A DNA stretch of 64,000 bases. It comes from Parcubacteria bacterium C7867-004. GTDB taxonomy: Bacteria; Patescibacteriota; Minisyncoccia; Phycocordibacterales; Phycocordibacteraceae. The position numbers and the translations under genes were made by a program. Positions 47,038-56,657 of the stretch are shown here, one piece after another (the first letter of the stretch is position 1; each line of letters opens with the position of its first letter). The stretch is from the NCBI GenBank assembly GCA_001189075.1, contig LFCN01000006.1:237219-301218 (forward strand), read 5' to 3'. The notes beneath the pieces are model-generated. The model did no database searches, had not been told where the DNA came from, and saw nothing but the letters and a program-made list of their open reading frames with translations.

Positions 47038-47619
47038 ATGATACCAGTCATGACACTCGACCAATTCTCAGCTCTGCTCTCGATCGGATTACTCGCGATA
47101 AGTGGTACCGTGCTTATCGGTACGGTGCTGTATTTCCTCGTCCCATCGGTGCGAAGGCACGTAGAGCGGCATACCTATCGGCAGTTCATCGCTGTTCTCG
47201 GACTTCTGTCTGCTGCGTCAATCGTCGGCGCGCTGATCTACCAGCTCGCGTATCTCACCCCGGTCTGCGAACTCTGCTGGTGGCAGCGTATCTTCCTCTT
47301 CCCGATAAGCGTGATCGCGGGTGTCGCGTACTGGTACAAGACTAAGGAAGCACATATCACCATCGGCATACTCGCGCTCTTCGGTCTCTTCTACGCTTCC
47401 TACCATTACTACTACCACTTCCAGGGCCTCGTCCTCGGCAACACGCTCGCGCTGCCATGCTCGTCGGGCGGTCTCCTGCCGGCCTGTACTGACTCGCCGA
47501 TACTGACGTTCGGGTTCGTAACCATCCCGCTCATGGGAATCCTAGTATTCGGCAGCATGCTCATACTCGCTGCATTCGCCCATGTGGCGGCAAAACGGGA
47601 GCAAAGGACAGGTGTGTAG
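47038..47619 (+). CDS. DsbB-family disulfide oxidoreductase (BdbC-like)
   Basis: Four TM helices. CELC in the first loop. C...C (CSSGGLLPAC) in the second loop. Confidence 0.6.
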   Translation: MIPVMTLDQFSALLSIGLLAISGTVLIGTVLYFLVPSVRRHVERHTYRQFIAVLGLLSAASIVGALIYQLAYLTPVCELCWWQRIFLFPISVIAGVAYWYKTKEAHITIGILALFGLFYASYHYYYHFQGLVLGNTLALPCSSGGLLPACTDSPILTFGFVTIPLMGILVFGSMLILAAFAHVAAKREQRTGV

Positions 47620-47640
47620 AAATTGCTATACTCTTCCCAT

Positions 47641-48291
47641 ATGACAACGAAATCAATGCTATGGACGGGCGGGATTGTGATCGTAGTTCTCGGGTTCGCG
47701 TTCGCGCTCTCCCTGCTCGGTACGAAGCCTGCGGCAGGCGTTGCGATCCCGCTTCCGCCGGTCACCGCTGACGATCACGTCAAAGGAGCGGAGAACGGCA
47801 GGGTCACGGTCGTCGAGTATCTCGATCTCGAATGCGCTGCCTGCGCCGCGTACTATCCGCTCGTGAAGCAGATGGAAGAGGAGTTCGGGGACCGCGTAAC
47901 CTTCGTCGTACGCTATTTCCCGCTCCAGGGCCACATCAACGGGTATCCTGCAGCGCTCGCAGCAGAGGCTGCGAGCCGCCAGGGAAAGTTCTGGGAAATG
48001 CACGATCTTCTGTTCGAGAACCAGAAGGAGTGGGGAGGAAAGCAGTCGGCTACTCCTGAAGTCTTTGAAACCTATGCACAGAAAATCGGCCTCAATATGG
48101 AGCAGTTCAAGACGGATTTCGCGTCCGAGAGCGTGAAGGAGCGTGTCGAACGAAACAAGACGGAGGCCCGGGACCTGAAGCTCAACGGCACGCCGTCGTT
48201 CTTCCTCCAGGGGCTGCAAATCGCGAGCCCGCCGTCACCTGAAGCTTTCCGTGCGCTTATCCAGGCAGAGCTTGATCGCACTGCGTCATAA
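47641..48291 (+). CDS. DsbA-family thiol:disulfide oxidoreductase
   Basis: TM anchor and a thioredoxin fold with the CAAC active site (LECAACAAY). Confidence 0.8.
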   Translation: MTTKSMLWTGGIVIVVLGFAFALSLLGTKPAAGVAIPLPPVTADDHVKGAENGRVTVVEYLDLECAACAAYYPLVKQMEEEFGDRVTFVVRYFPLQGHINGYPAALAAEAASRQGKFWEMHDLLFENQKEWGGKQSATPEVFETYAQKIGLNMEQFKTDFASESVKERVERNKTEARDLKLNGTPSFFLQGLQIASPPSPEAFRALIQAELDRTAS

Positions 48292-48312
48292 CTGACCCTA
48301 CTACCTATATCT

Positions 48313-49041
48313 ATGGAACACGAACCAACCCCAAAGGCCGCATCAAACGTTGCGCTCACGACCCCGGTCGCGATACTTATCGGTTCGCTGATAATTGCCG
48401 GAGCGATACTCATAACCAAGTACGCGCCTAATCCGCTTGGAGGAGTAGCGGCTCAAGCGGAAGAGAAAGTGAATCTTGAGGCGATGCGTCCGGTTACCGC
48501 TGAAGATCACATCCGTGGCAATCCCGACGCGCCGGTAAAGATAGTCGCGTATTCCGATACCGAGTGCCCGTTCTGCAAGCGTTTCCATGACACCATGATG
48601 GAGGTTATGGCCACCTATGGCGCAGAGGGGAAAGTAGCGTGGGTATATCGCCATTTCCCGCTCGATCAGCTCCATCAGAGCGCACGCGCAGAAGCGGTCG
48701 CTACCGAATGTGCGGCAGAGCAGGGAGGCGATGAGGTGTTCTGGAAGTACGTCGACCGGATGATGGAGATAACCCCTTCGAACGACGGGCTCGATCCCAG
48801 CGAGCTTCCGAAGATCGCCGCATTCGTCGGACTCGACGTCACCGCATTCAATGCCTGCGTCTCGTCTGACAAGTACGCAAAGAAGATCCAGGACGATATT
48901 GATAACGCGGTGGAAACGGGCGGACGGGGAACGCCGTGGAGCATCATCGTCGGCGCGGACGGCAAGCAGTACCCGCTCTCAGGCGCGCAGCCGATCACGG
49001 CAATCAACAAGCTCGTCGATGTCGCACTCGCCGGTACATAA
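48313..49041 (+). CDS. DsbA-family thiol:disulfide oxidoreductase
   Basis: TM anchor and the CPFC active site (TECPFCKRF). Confidence 0.8.
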   Translation: MEHEPTPKAASNVALTTPVAILIGSLIIAGAILITKYAPNPLGGVAAQAEEKVNLEAMRPVTAEDHIRGNPDAPVKIVAYSDTECPFCKRFHDTMMEVMATYGAEGKVAWVYRHFPLDQLHQSARAEAVATECAAEQGGDEVFWKYVDRMMEITPSNDGLDPSELPKIAAFVGLDVTAFNACVSSDKYAKKIQDDIDNAVETGGRGTPWSIIVGADGKQYPLSGAQPITAINKLVDVALAGT

Positions 49042-49045
49042 TCGG

Positions 49046-49579
49046 ATGCTCGGCACCCTGCGAACGGTGTTCAAGGAAGCCAGGAGCACGAGCATAGCAA
49101 TTGCCGCGATGCTGGTGCTTTTCGCTATCGTGGCCTTCTTCCCGAACCTCGGCGTGCTCGGACCCGTGTTCGCGTCCGCGGCGCCAGTTGGAGAGAAAGC
49201 CGCATTCCTATTCTCCCTGCTCGGCTCTCCCGCGGAGAATGCAACCGGGTTCGGGTTCGCACTGCTTCTTATAAGCGTATTCCTGTCGGGTCTGGTTATA
49301 GCACTCGCAGCTTTTGCGTTACGTAAGCGCGCGCAGGATGTGAGCGCCATGGGCGTGTCAGGGCTCGGTATGCTCTCTGCCTTCGTTGGTATCGGATGCG
49401 CCTCCTGCGGATCGCTCGTGCTGTCCGCTCTCATCCCAATAATCGGCGCAGGGGCGTTCGCGACGCTGCTGCCGCTCGGGGGCCTCGAGTTCAGTATCCT
49501 CGGGATTCTGCTTCTGCTGATCTCGGGATATGTACTCGTACGCAAGATTGAACGGTCCGGCGTGTGTGCTATCGCGTAA
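49046..49579 (+). CDS. polytopic membrane protein with CxxC
   Basis: Four or five TM helices. GCASCGS at the membrane edge. Confidence 0.45.
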   Translation: MLGTLRTVFKEARSTSIAIAAMLVLFAIVAFFPNLGVLGPVFASAAPVGEKAAFLFSLLGSPAENATGFGFALLLISVFLSGLVIALAAFALRKRAQDVSAMGVSGLGMLSAFVGIGCASCGSLVLSALIPIIGAGAFATLLPLGGLEFSILGILLLLISGYVLVRKIERSGVCAIA

Positions 49580-49583
49580 TACT

Positions 49584-50174
49584 ATGACCATTCGATTGGA
49601 ACGGTTCCTAGTCCCCGTAGTCCTGCTGCTTGCGGTGTGTCTCCTGCCGCAGGGCGTACAGGCGCACGGGGAGGGCGTGCTTCCGTTCACGGCTACCACG
49701 ACCGAGGGCTATATCATCGATGTCGATTACGGCGGTCTCAAGATAGAGTCCGATGTCTCGGGCACTTTCACCTTCAATCTCTTTAAGGACGCGGCGCGTA
49801 CAGAGGAGGCGGTCTTTAAGGACCTATGGGTCCGCATCGTCGAAGAGGATGGGAGCGAGCATGGTCGTACGATATTCGCGGGACCGATAGCCCGCCCGGT
49901 ATTCGGACAGCTCAGCTTCTTGTACGTATTCCAGCATGCGGGGAAGTATTCGCTCGTAGTTCGGTATAACCAGGAGGAGACAGGAAGCATCTATGATCAG
50001 AAGAAGATTGAAGCAACCTTCCCGCTTGAAGTGTATCCACGGGCAGCTACAGGATGGTTCTCGGTCTCCTCTGAATTCCTTATGGGAGGCGCGGCGGGCG
50101 CCTTGAGCGTGCTGCTGCTTGGCTTACTCATGCACGTGATACGACGCAAGCGGTCAGGCAAGCGTGCTCTATGA
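49584..50174 (+). CDS. secreted protein with mature N-terminal His and C-terminal TM anchor
   Basis: Signal peptide ...GVQA|HGEGV, β-rich body and a C-terminal TM plus basic tail. Same architecture as the YcnI-like gene. Confidence 0.45.
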   Translation: MTIRLERFLVPVVLLLAVCLLPQGVQAHGEGVLPFTATTTEGYIIDVDYGGLKIESDVSGTFTFNLFKDAARTEEAVFKDLWVRIVEEDGSEHGRTIFAGPIARPVFGQLSFLYVFQHAGKYSLVVRYNQEETGSIYDQKKIEATFPLEVYPRAATGWFSVSSEFLMGGAAGALSVLLLGLLMHVIRRKRSGKRAL

Positions 50175-50713
50175 AGAGGAATCTTTTAATCCTTGCCGCG
50201 CTTGTACTCGTCGCTCTAGCGGGTATCGCGTTGTGTCACTATTTCGCAAGGGAGGATAGTGCGCTCTCGAGTGACGTCGCGGGCGTACCGTTCATCATGC
50301 GAGGCGAGTTCGTAACGCTTCATGGCGGAGTCGCGGAAGACGTTACGGGACCTGACGGGATATCTAAAACAGTCGTGCGCTATTTCGGCAATGAGGTGCG
50401 GCATGACATCGACGGAGACGGTACCGATGATGTTGTCTTCCTCATCACGCAGGAAACGGGAAGCAGCATGTATTTCTATGCGGTAGGAGCGCTCAAGCGA
50501 GACAAGGGATATCAGGGAACGGCGGCAGTTATGCTCGGAGAAGGTATTGCACCTCAGACTACGGAAAAAGGAGAAGGACGGTCGGTCGTGGTGAACTATG
50601 CTGAGAAGACTGCGGATTCGACCTCGATCAACAAGAGCATCCATCTAGTGCTCGATACGAAACGCCTTGAGTTCGGCGAGCTGGTCCAGGGCTTCGAAGG
50701 AGAGGAGCGGTAA
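50171..50713 (+). CDS. secreted hypothetical protein
   Basis: Signal/TM region, then a β-rich domain. 4-nt overlap with the upstream gene. Confidence 0.4.
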   Translation: MKRNLLILAALVLVALAGIALCHYFAREDSALSSDVAGVPFIMRGEFVTLHGGVAEDVTGPDGISKTVVRYFGNEVRHDIDGDGTDDVVFLITQETGSSMYFYAVGALKRDKGYQGTAAVMLGEGIAPQTTEKGEGRSVVVNYAEKTADSTSINKSIHLVLDTKRLEFGELVQGFEGEER

Positions 50714-50764
50714 GTACGAAAGGCCATCCTAGGATGGCCTTCGGGTGGCGGGAGAGAAAGAGAG

Positions 50765-51016
50765 TCAGGGCTCCTGGATGGGGGTCACGTGCGGGAGAAC
50801 GAACGGCTCTTGAGAGAGCGGTATGGTTCCAGCAGATGCGGCGAGGTCGGTAGCTACGGTAGCTGAGACGAATGCGCCATGCAGGAACGCGACTACGGTC
50901 TTTTCTCCTTCGGAAAGGACGGCGGGAGCGAGGAATTTGAGGACGATGATAAGCACACCGAGACCGATAGCTTGCAAGATAGGCATAACGGAGAAGGTGA
51001 ATGGTAAGTCGAACAA
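50765..51016 (-). CDS. possible small membrane protein
   Basis: 83-aa ORF with two hydrophobic segments. Weak support. Confidence 0.25.
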   Translation of the reverse strand: MFDLPFTFSVMPILQAIGLGVLIIVLKFLAPAVLSEGEKTVVAFLHGAFVSATVATDLAASAGTIPLSQEPFVLPHVTPIQEP

Positions 51017-51152
51017 GAATATATCTTGCCGACGAGACAGCGAGGCCGTCTCGTATCATCGTCTTTCAAGGTGCTTGCCCCTCTATCAGCTAGAACCAGC
51101 AGTTATATGGAAGGTTTCAGCTGAACCGGTCTCGGCGGTATACTGTACGCAT

Positions 51153-51632
51153 ATGGAGACCAAAACAGAGCAGGCTATATTCGCCGCGGGGTGTTTCTGG
51201 GGCGTCGAGGCGGCGTTTCTCGCCGTCCCTGGAGTTACGGATGCCGAGAGTGGGTACACGGGAGGACATACGCAGAACCCAACCTATGGCGAGGTATGCA
51301 CCGATACAACCGGGCATGCCGAGGCCGTGCGGGTCACGTTCGATCCAGAAACGGTATCCTTCGAGACACTCGTACGAAAGTTCTTCACGTTGCACGATCC
51401 GACGCAGGTAAATCGACAAGGACCGGATGTGGGAAGCCAGTATCGTTCCGGCGTGTTCTACCTTTCTGACGAGCAAAAAGAGGTCGCGGAAAAGGTGAAG
51501 AGCGAGTATGCGCAGAAACTTGCGCCAAAGGCGGTCGCCACCGAAGTAACCAAGGCGTCAGAATTCTTCCGCGCGGAAGAATACCATCAGCGGTATTTCG
51601 AGAAGCATCCTTCGGCTACCTGCCACATATAG
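51153..51632 (+). CDS. msrA: peptide methionine sulfoxide reductase MsrA
   Basis: GCFWGVE active-site motif. ...HDPTQVNRQG...YHQ... Confidence 0.9.
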   Translation: METKTEQAIFAAGCFWGVEAAFLAVPGVTDAESGYTGGHTQNPTYGEVCTDTTGHAEAVRVTFDPETVSFETLVRKFFTLHDPTQVNRQGPDVGSQYRSGVFYLSDEQKEVAEKVKSEYAQKLAPKAVATEVTKASEFFRAEEYHQRYFEKHPSATCHI

Positions 51633-51716
51633 GACTTCATACGGCGCTCATCGTCGGAAGGGTACAAGAGTATGCGGAGCGATCGCTCCGCATTTCTCGT
51701 AACTTCTTTTCTGACA

Positions 51717-52193
51717 ATGGACCCAATAGAAATAATCAAGAACGACCATCGAACCGTCGAGGCGTTGTTCTCTGAGTACGAATCGCTTGGCGATCGTGCA
51801 TACGAAGGGAAGCAGCGCATCGTCGACCAGCTCATCAAGGAACTCACGCTCCACGCCGAGATGGAGGAGACCATCGCGTACCCGGCATTCATGGAAGCTT
51901 TCACCAAAGAAGACGACAAGATGGTTGCGGAAGCGTATATCGAACATACGGGCGCCAAGCGCCTCATGGAGGATCTCCAAGGGCTCTCTCCCGAAGACAT
52001 AGAATTTGATGCAACCGTGAAAGTGCTCAAGGAGAACATCGAACATCACGTGAAGGAGGAAGAGGAGGAGTTGCTTCCGACGGCCGAAAAAGAGGTGCCG
52101 GAAGACGTGCTCGAGGAGATCGGGAAGGACATGATGGCGTTCAAGGATGCTGCGGCTGACGAAGAAGAAGACGCAGAATTGGAAGCGCTTTAA
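51717..52193 (+). CDS. hemerythrin HHE cation-binding domain protein
   Basis: DHRTVEALF...HAEMEE...IEHH...HHVKEEEEE gives an H...H...E pattern. Acidic tail. Confidence 0.7.
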   Translation: MDPIEIIKNDHRTVEALFSEYESLGDRAYEGKQRIVDQLIKELTLHAEMEETIAYPAFMEAFTKEDDKMVAEAYIEHTGAKRLMEDLQGLSPEDIEFDATVKVLKENIEHHVKEEEEELLPTAEKEVPEDVLEEIGKDMMAFKDAAADEEEDAELEAL

Positions 52194-52212
52194 TCCTAGA
52201 AACGAGAACAAA

Positions 52213-52243
52213 AAACGCGCCTTGAGGGGCGCGTTTTTGATTG
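52213..52243. terminator. bidirectional intrinsic terminator
   Basis: AAAAACGCGCCttgagGGGCGCGTTTTT between convergent genes. Confidence 0.7.
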
Positions 52244-52244
52244 C

Positions 52245-52652
52245 TTATTTCTGAGCGTCCTCTTGCTCGAAGCCGAGGCACACCGAGTTGATGCAATACC
52301 GCTTGCCGCCGGCATCTTTTGGACCGTCATCGAAGACGTGTCCCAGATGGCCTCCGCAGGTCTTGCAGTACACTTCCGTGCGATGCATCCCAAGCGAGCT
52401 ATCGTCGCGTGTGCCTACGTTTGCTGCTACGGCAGGGTCGGTGAAGGAGGGCCAGCCGCTCCCAGAATCGAACTTCTTTTCGGACGAGAACAGCGCAGAC
52501 CCACAGGCGCGGCAGGTATACATGCCGGTCTCATGGTTATTCACGAATTTCCCCGTGAACGGGGCTTCGGTACCTGCTTCGCGTAGGACGCGGTATTCCT
52601 CAGGGCTCAGCTCGTTCTTCCACTCCTCTTCGGTCTTGGTGACGGGTTCCAT
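52245..52652 (-). CDS. msrB: peptide methionine sulfoxide reductase MsrB
   Basis: Two CxxC zinc pairs (CRAC...CKTC), GWPSF and RYCINS catalytic Cys. Start at MEPVTK. The upstream ORF extension is rejected. Confidence 0.9.
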   Translation of the reverse strand: MEPVTKTEEEWKNELSPEEYRVLREAGTEAPFTGKFVNNHETGMYTCRACGSALFSSEKKFDSGSGWPSFTDPAVAANVGTRDDSSLGMHRTEVYCKTCGGHLGHVFDDGPKDAGGKRYCINSVCLGFEQEDAQK

Positions 52653-52718
52653 ATAGGAAAAGTATAGCAGGGAGGGTAAATCTTGACTCAGGGGGCATTG
52701 TGATACCATAGGCCTATT

Positions 52719-53888
52719 ATGAAGCGCCTCGGTATATTCGCGGCCGTACTCCTTATGGGAGCGATACCGCTTCAGGCGGCGGCGGCTACTTTGCTCAGCA
52801 ATCGTACGCTCGTCGTATCCGAGGCACCTCCCGGGAACGCCTATCTCACCGGAACCGATATCACGGTGACGGTCCCGCTCCCAGCTGACGTTGCGGCCTT
52901 CGGAGGCACTCTCACGCTCTCGGCTCCCGTTATGGGCGACGCACTGCTTGTCGGGGGTACGGTGCTTGCGAGCAAGGCAGTAGCGGGAGATCTGCGTGCT
53001 GCCGGAGCGCAGATAACGGTCACCGGTCCTGTAACCGGCGATTTGATGCTCGCGGGAGGCTCGGTCGTTGCGTCGACCTCCGCAAGCGACGTGCATATCA
53101 TCGGCGGGAACGTGCAGCTTACCGGTAGCGGCGGACCAGTCACCATCTATGGCGCCGACGTCATACTTTCAGGCGAGTTTGATGGCGACGTCGCTATCGT
53201 CGCCTCGGACAGCGTTACGCTCGGCGAGGGCACTGTAATCCATGGCGCGCTCAAGTACGATGCGCCGCAGCAGGCGGGAATCCCGGTATCTGCAGTCATC
53301 GATAACGGCGTCAACTACACCGGTGCCGCGACCTATCTCCCGACGGTCGAGCAGGCGGAAACGTTTGCGATAGCCGGTGCGGGAGTTCTCTACGTCGTGA
53401 AGATCATCGCGCTCCTGATAGCGGCAGGGCTTCTCGCCGGTCTCTTCCCGCTCTTTACCCAGACGGTAGCTGATCGCGCCATAGCGCGTACGCCCGGCCG
53501 GTTCATACTGCTTGCGCTTCTCGGGTTTGCTATCGTTATCGCGACACCCGTCCTCATCTTCCTGCTCCTCATCTCGTTCGTAGGCATGGCGGTGGCGTTC
53601 ATGCTCGCCGCTTCCTATGCGCTCCTGCTTTTGCTCGGGTACGTGTACGCGGGCATCATCGCCGGAAGCGCGCTCTCGCGCGGCGTGCTCAAGCGCACTG
53701 ACGTGAGTTGGAAGATAGCGTTGCTCGGCATGCTCGTGCTCTCGGTTATCGGCGCTATCCCGGTCTTCGGCGCCCTCGTGATATTCATACTCTTCCTGGC
53801 CGCTACCGGCGCCATCGTCTCGATCGGCTACACGTTCGCATTCGGCAAACAGGACGTCGATGATCTTGCGGACCTTTCCGTTGAGTAG
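52719..53888 (+). CDS. membrane protein with N-terminal β-helical repeat domain (bactofilin/DUF4097-like)
   Basis: Signal peptide, ~200 aa of repeating GxxVxVxGxVxGD units, then four TM helices. Confidence 0.45.
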   Translation: MKRLGIFAAVLLMGAIPLQAAAATLLSNRTLVVSEAPPGNAYLTGTDITVTVPLPADVAAFGGTLTLSAPVMGDALLVGGTVLASKAVAGDLRAAGAQITVTGPVTGDLMLAGGSVVASTSASDVHIIGGNVQLTGSGGPVTIYGADVILSGEFDGDVAIVASDSVTLGEGTVIHGALKYDAPQQAGIPVSAVIDNGVNYTGAATYLPTVEQAETFAIAGAGVLYVVKIIALLIAAGLLAGLFPLFTQTVADRAIARTPGRFILLALLGFAIVIATPVLIFLLLISFVGMAVAFMLAASYALLLLLGYVYAGIIAGSALSRGVLKRTDVSWKIALLGMLVLSVIGAIPVFGALVIFILFLAATGAIVSIGYTFAFGKQDVDDLADLSVE

Positions 53889-53894
53889 CCGGAT

Positions 53895-54368
53895 ATGAGT
53901 TCGATGCCGCAGGTTGGAGACATCGCCCCAGATTTCACGCTTCCCGATCAAGACGGCGGCATGCACGCGCTCTCGAGTTATCGGGGCAAGAACATTCTCC
54001 TGTATTTCTATCCGAAAGATGATACGCCCGGCTGCACGAAGGAGGCCTGCGCCATCCGGGATGCTGAACCCGACTTCTCAAAGCTCAATGCGGTTGTGCT
54101 CGGGGTATCTGCGGACTCGGTGAAGAGTCATAAGAAGTTCTCCGAGAAGTACGGTCTCGCATTCACGCTCCTGGCTGACGAAGGGAAGGAGGTAGTGAAT
54201 CTCTACGGCGTATGGGGCCGGAAGAAGATGATGGGACGCGAATATGACGGCGTGTTCCGCACTTCCTTCCTCATCGGCCCGGATGGGCGCATCAAGCGAG
54301 TGTATGAAAAAGTGAAGCCGGAACTGCATGCGGCTGACGTGCTCGCTGATCTTAACGGGCATGCCTGA
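53895..54368 (+). CDS. bcp: thiol peroxidase Bcp (peroxiredoxin Q)
   Basis: [15 protein letters not shown] gives the peroxidatic Cys and the resolving Cys five residues apart. Confidence 0.85.
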   Translation: MSSMPQVGDIAPDFTLPDQDGGMHALSSYRGKNILLYFYPKDDTPGCTKEACAIRDAEPDFSKLNAVVLGVSADSVKSHKKFSEKYGLAFTLLADEGKEVVNLYGVWGRKKMMGREYDGVFRTSFLIGPDGRIKRVYEKVKPELHAADVLADLNGHA

Positions 54369-55029
54369 GAAAATATTCGAGGAACGAAAGGCACGGGCGA
54401 AGAAACTGATCGCGTATCTTAAGAAAGCGTATCCGAAACCGGCAACCGAGCTCAATTATACGACCCCTATACAGCTCGTTGTAGCAGTCATGCTGTCGGC
54501 GCAATCGACCGACAAGCGCGTGAATCTGGTCACGGAGGTGATCTTCAAGAACTACAAGACCGTGAATGACTTTGCGGATGCTGACTTGGCGACGTTCACG
54601 CAGCAGATCTCTTCCATCACGTTCTTCCAGAACAAAGCGAAGCACATCATCGCAACCGCGAAGATGATCAGGGATGAGTTCGGAGGCGAGATACCCAAGA
54701 TTGAAGCCCAGCTCGTGCGGCTTCCCGGGATCGCGTACAAGACTGCGCACGTGGTGCTCGGCGAGCTCTACGGCATCTATGAAGGCATCCCAACCGATAC
54801 GCACGTCCGCCGGTTCGCACTGCGCTTCGATCTCACCAACCGCACTGAGCTTACGAGGATATCAAAGGATCTTGAGATGCTCATCCCGAAGAACGATTGG
54901 AAATACGTGAACAACGGCTTCGTGCTCTATGGCCGATATCTGTGTCCTGCGCTCCCGCATCCGTGCGAGAACCATCCGCTCACGAAGCTTTGGCCGCCAG
55001 CGGCCAATCGTTGGCCGAAATCGAAATAA
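54361..55029 (+). CDS. nth: endonuclease III-like HhH-GPD glycosylase (incomplete Fe-S motif)
   Basis: Hh[14 protein letters not shown] and catalytic Lys/Asp region. Only two of the four cluster Cys are present (CPALPHPC). Overlaps bcp by 8 nt. Confidence 0.8.
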   Translation: MPEKIFEERKARAKKLIAYLKKAYPKPATELNYTTPIQLVVAVMLSAQSTDKRVNLVTEVIFKNYKTVNDFADADLATFTQQISSITFFQNKAKHIIATAKMIRDEFGGEIPKIEAQLVRLPGIAYKTAHVVLGELYGIYEGIPTDTHVRRFALRFDLTNRTELTRISKDLEMLIPKNDWKYVNNGFVLYGRYLCPALPHPCENHPLTKLWPPAANRWPKSK

Positions 55030-55080
55030 TTAAAAACCGCAGGGGAGCGAAGCTCCGCCTGCAGTCTGGGTTGAAGTGGA

Positions 55081-55482
55081 CTAGACCCGAGGCTCGGACC
55101 TGCAGACCAGGTAGAAGTCGTACCTTCGGCCGTGCCCGCCGGGCGTCACGACCCGCTCTTCGAACATCTGACCGGCAGAACAGTCGCGGAGACCTTGCCG
55201 AATGCACACTGCGCTGATCTCCGAGAATATAACGTTGTTCCTGTAGCTGCGGAGATAGACGCGCAATGCCGCATCCTTGTAGCCGGGCTGACAGGGCGTC
55301 GACTTCATCCGACCGTGCTCGTCAGTGTGTCTGTGAAAGTCGTCGTTCTTCGGGGCCCCCGCGGGTGCCGTCTTGAGCCTCGGCGACGGCACGTCCGCGC
55401 CGTAGCTGTCGCCCGGAGAGGCATACGCCGGGCAAGAAATGGCCAGCGTGCCAGCAGCCAAGGTAATCAATATACGACGCAT
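55081..55482 (-). CDS. secreted hypothetical protein
   Basis: Signal peptide MRRILITLAAGTLAISCPAYA. Four Cys. No family. Confidence 0.4.
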   Translation of the reverse strand: MRRILITLAAGTLAISCPAYASPGDSYGADVPSPRLKTAPAGAPKNDDFHRHTDEHGRMKSTPCQPGYKDAALRVYLRSYRNNVIFSEISAVCIRQGLRDCSAGQMFEERVVTPGGHGRRYDFYLVCRSEPRV

Positions 55483-55618
55483 AGAAGCGGACTCCATAGA
55501 CGGCCCTTGATTGGGTCAGTCGTCCATCTAGAGAGCAGACTTACATACTTATTCATTTTGTCAATTTCAAAGAAAATGTACACAAAGTCATAAGGAGGAT
55601 TTGATATACTGAACACAT

Positions 55619-55867
55619 ATGGAAAAACGACTGTATCGAAGCCGCACTAATAAGGTCATTGCGGGCGTCCTCGGCGGGATCGGCGAGTATTACGACACTG
55701 ACCCTGTGATCATCCGTCTGGTCTACCTCCTCGCTACATTCGCAACCGGTATCGTCCCGGGCATCCTCGCGTATTTGGTCGCCATGCTCATTGTTCCGGT
55801 AGCGCCTCCGTTCGTACCGTCCACCCCGGCCTCTGCCGAAGCGGTACATGACACCGAAACGGTTTAG
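55619..55867 (+). CDS. PspC domain membrane protein
   Basis: LYRSRTNKVIAGVLGGIGEYYDTDPVIIRLVYLL is the PspC signature. One TM. Confidence 0.7.
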   Translation: MEKRLYRSRTNKVIAGVLGGIGEYYDTDPVIIRLVYLLATFATGIVPGILAYLVAMLIVPVAPPFVPSTPASAEAVHDTETV

Positions 55868-56657
55868 GGAAACCGTCCTCGCGTACTACGCGAAAGAAGG
55901 AAGACAAACGCTTCCGTGGAGGCGAACGAAGGATCCGTACCGTATCCTCGTGTCGGAAGTAATGCTGCAGCAGACGCAGGTGGAGCGGGTCATCCCGTAC
56001 TATCGCGCATTCCTCGATCGGTTCCCGAAGATAGAAGACCTTGCGAGCGCTCCGCTTTCAGACGTTCTCACACTTTGGCAAGGACTCGGCTACAACCGCC
56101 GCGCAAAGATGCTGCATGAGGCAGCGAAAATGGTGCGGGTAGATTTCAGTGGAAAGATGCCGACGACTCCCGAGAAGCTTGAGATGCTTCCCGGTGTGGG
56201 TCCGTACACGGCAGGAGCGATAGCAGCATTCAGCAAGAACACCGATGTGATATTCATCGAGACGAATATTCGTACGGCAGTTATCCATCATTTCTTTCCG
56301 GGAGAAGAGAAGGTTCCTGATAGCGAGATAGTTTCAATACTCGAGAAAGCGTATCCCGAGGGTAAGGCCCGCGAGTGGTATTCGGCGCTCATGGACTATG
56401 GCTCAATGCTCAAGCGAAGTGGCGTGCGAGTAAACGTGAAAAGCAAGGGATACGCAAAGCAAACGAAGTTCGAGGGCTCGAAGCGTCAGGCACGCGGAGC
56501 GATTCTGAAAGCACTCGTAGGAAGTCCTCGTAGAGGAGATTTCCTCATCGCGCTCCTTGGTCCCGAGCGGGAAGGACAGATGCGTTCGCAACTCGCCTCC
56601 CTTACAAAAGAAGGGCTTGTCGAGCTTACGAACCGACGGTTCCGGCTTCCAGGCTGA
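55848..56657 (+). CDS. MutY/EndoIII-like HhH-GPD glycosylase lacking Fe-S cysteines
   Basis: LPWRRTKDPYRILVSEVMLQQTQV...WQGLGYNRRAKML...LPGVGPYTAGAI. No Cys cluster. Confidence 0.75.
   Translation: MTPKRFRETVLAYYAKEGRQTLPWRRTKDPYRILVSEVMLQQTQVERVIPYYRAFLDRFPKIEDLASAPLSDVLTLWQGLGYNRRAKMLHEAAKMVRVDFSGKMPTTPEKLEMLPGVGPYTAGAIAAFSKNTDVIFIETNIRTAVIHHFFPGEEKVPDSEIVSILEKAYPEGKAREWYSALMDYGSMLKRSGVRVNVKSKGYAKQTKFEGSKRQARGAILKALVGSPRRGDFLIALLGPEREGQMRSQLASLTKEGLVELTNRRFRLPG

Noticed and set aside
52653-53096. 283-aa version of the MsrB ORF extending upstream
   Set aside because: The upstream 148 codons are Arg/Ser-rich and antisense to the start of the β-helical membrane protein gene. The conserved MsrB begins at MEPVTK (52652).
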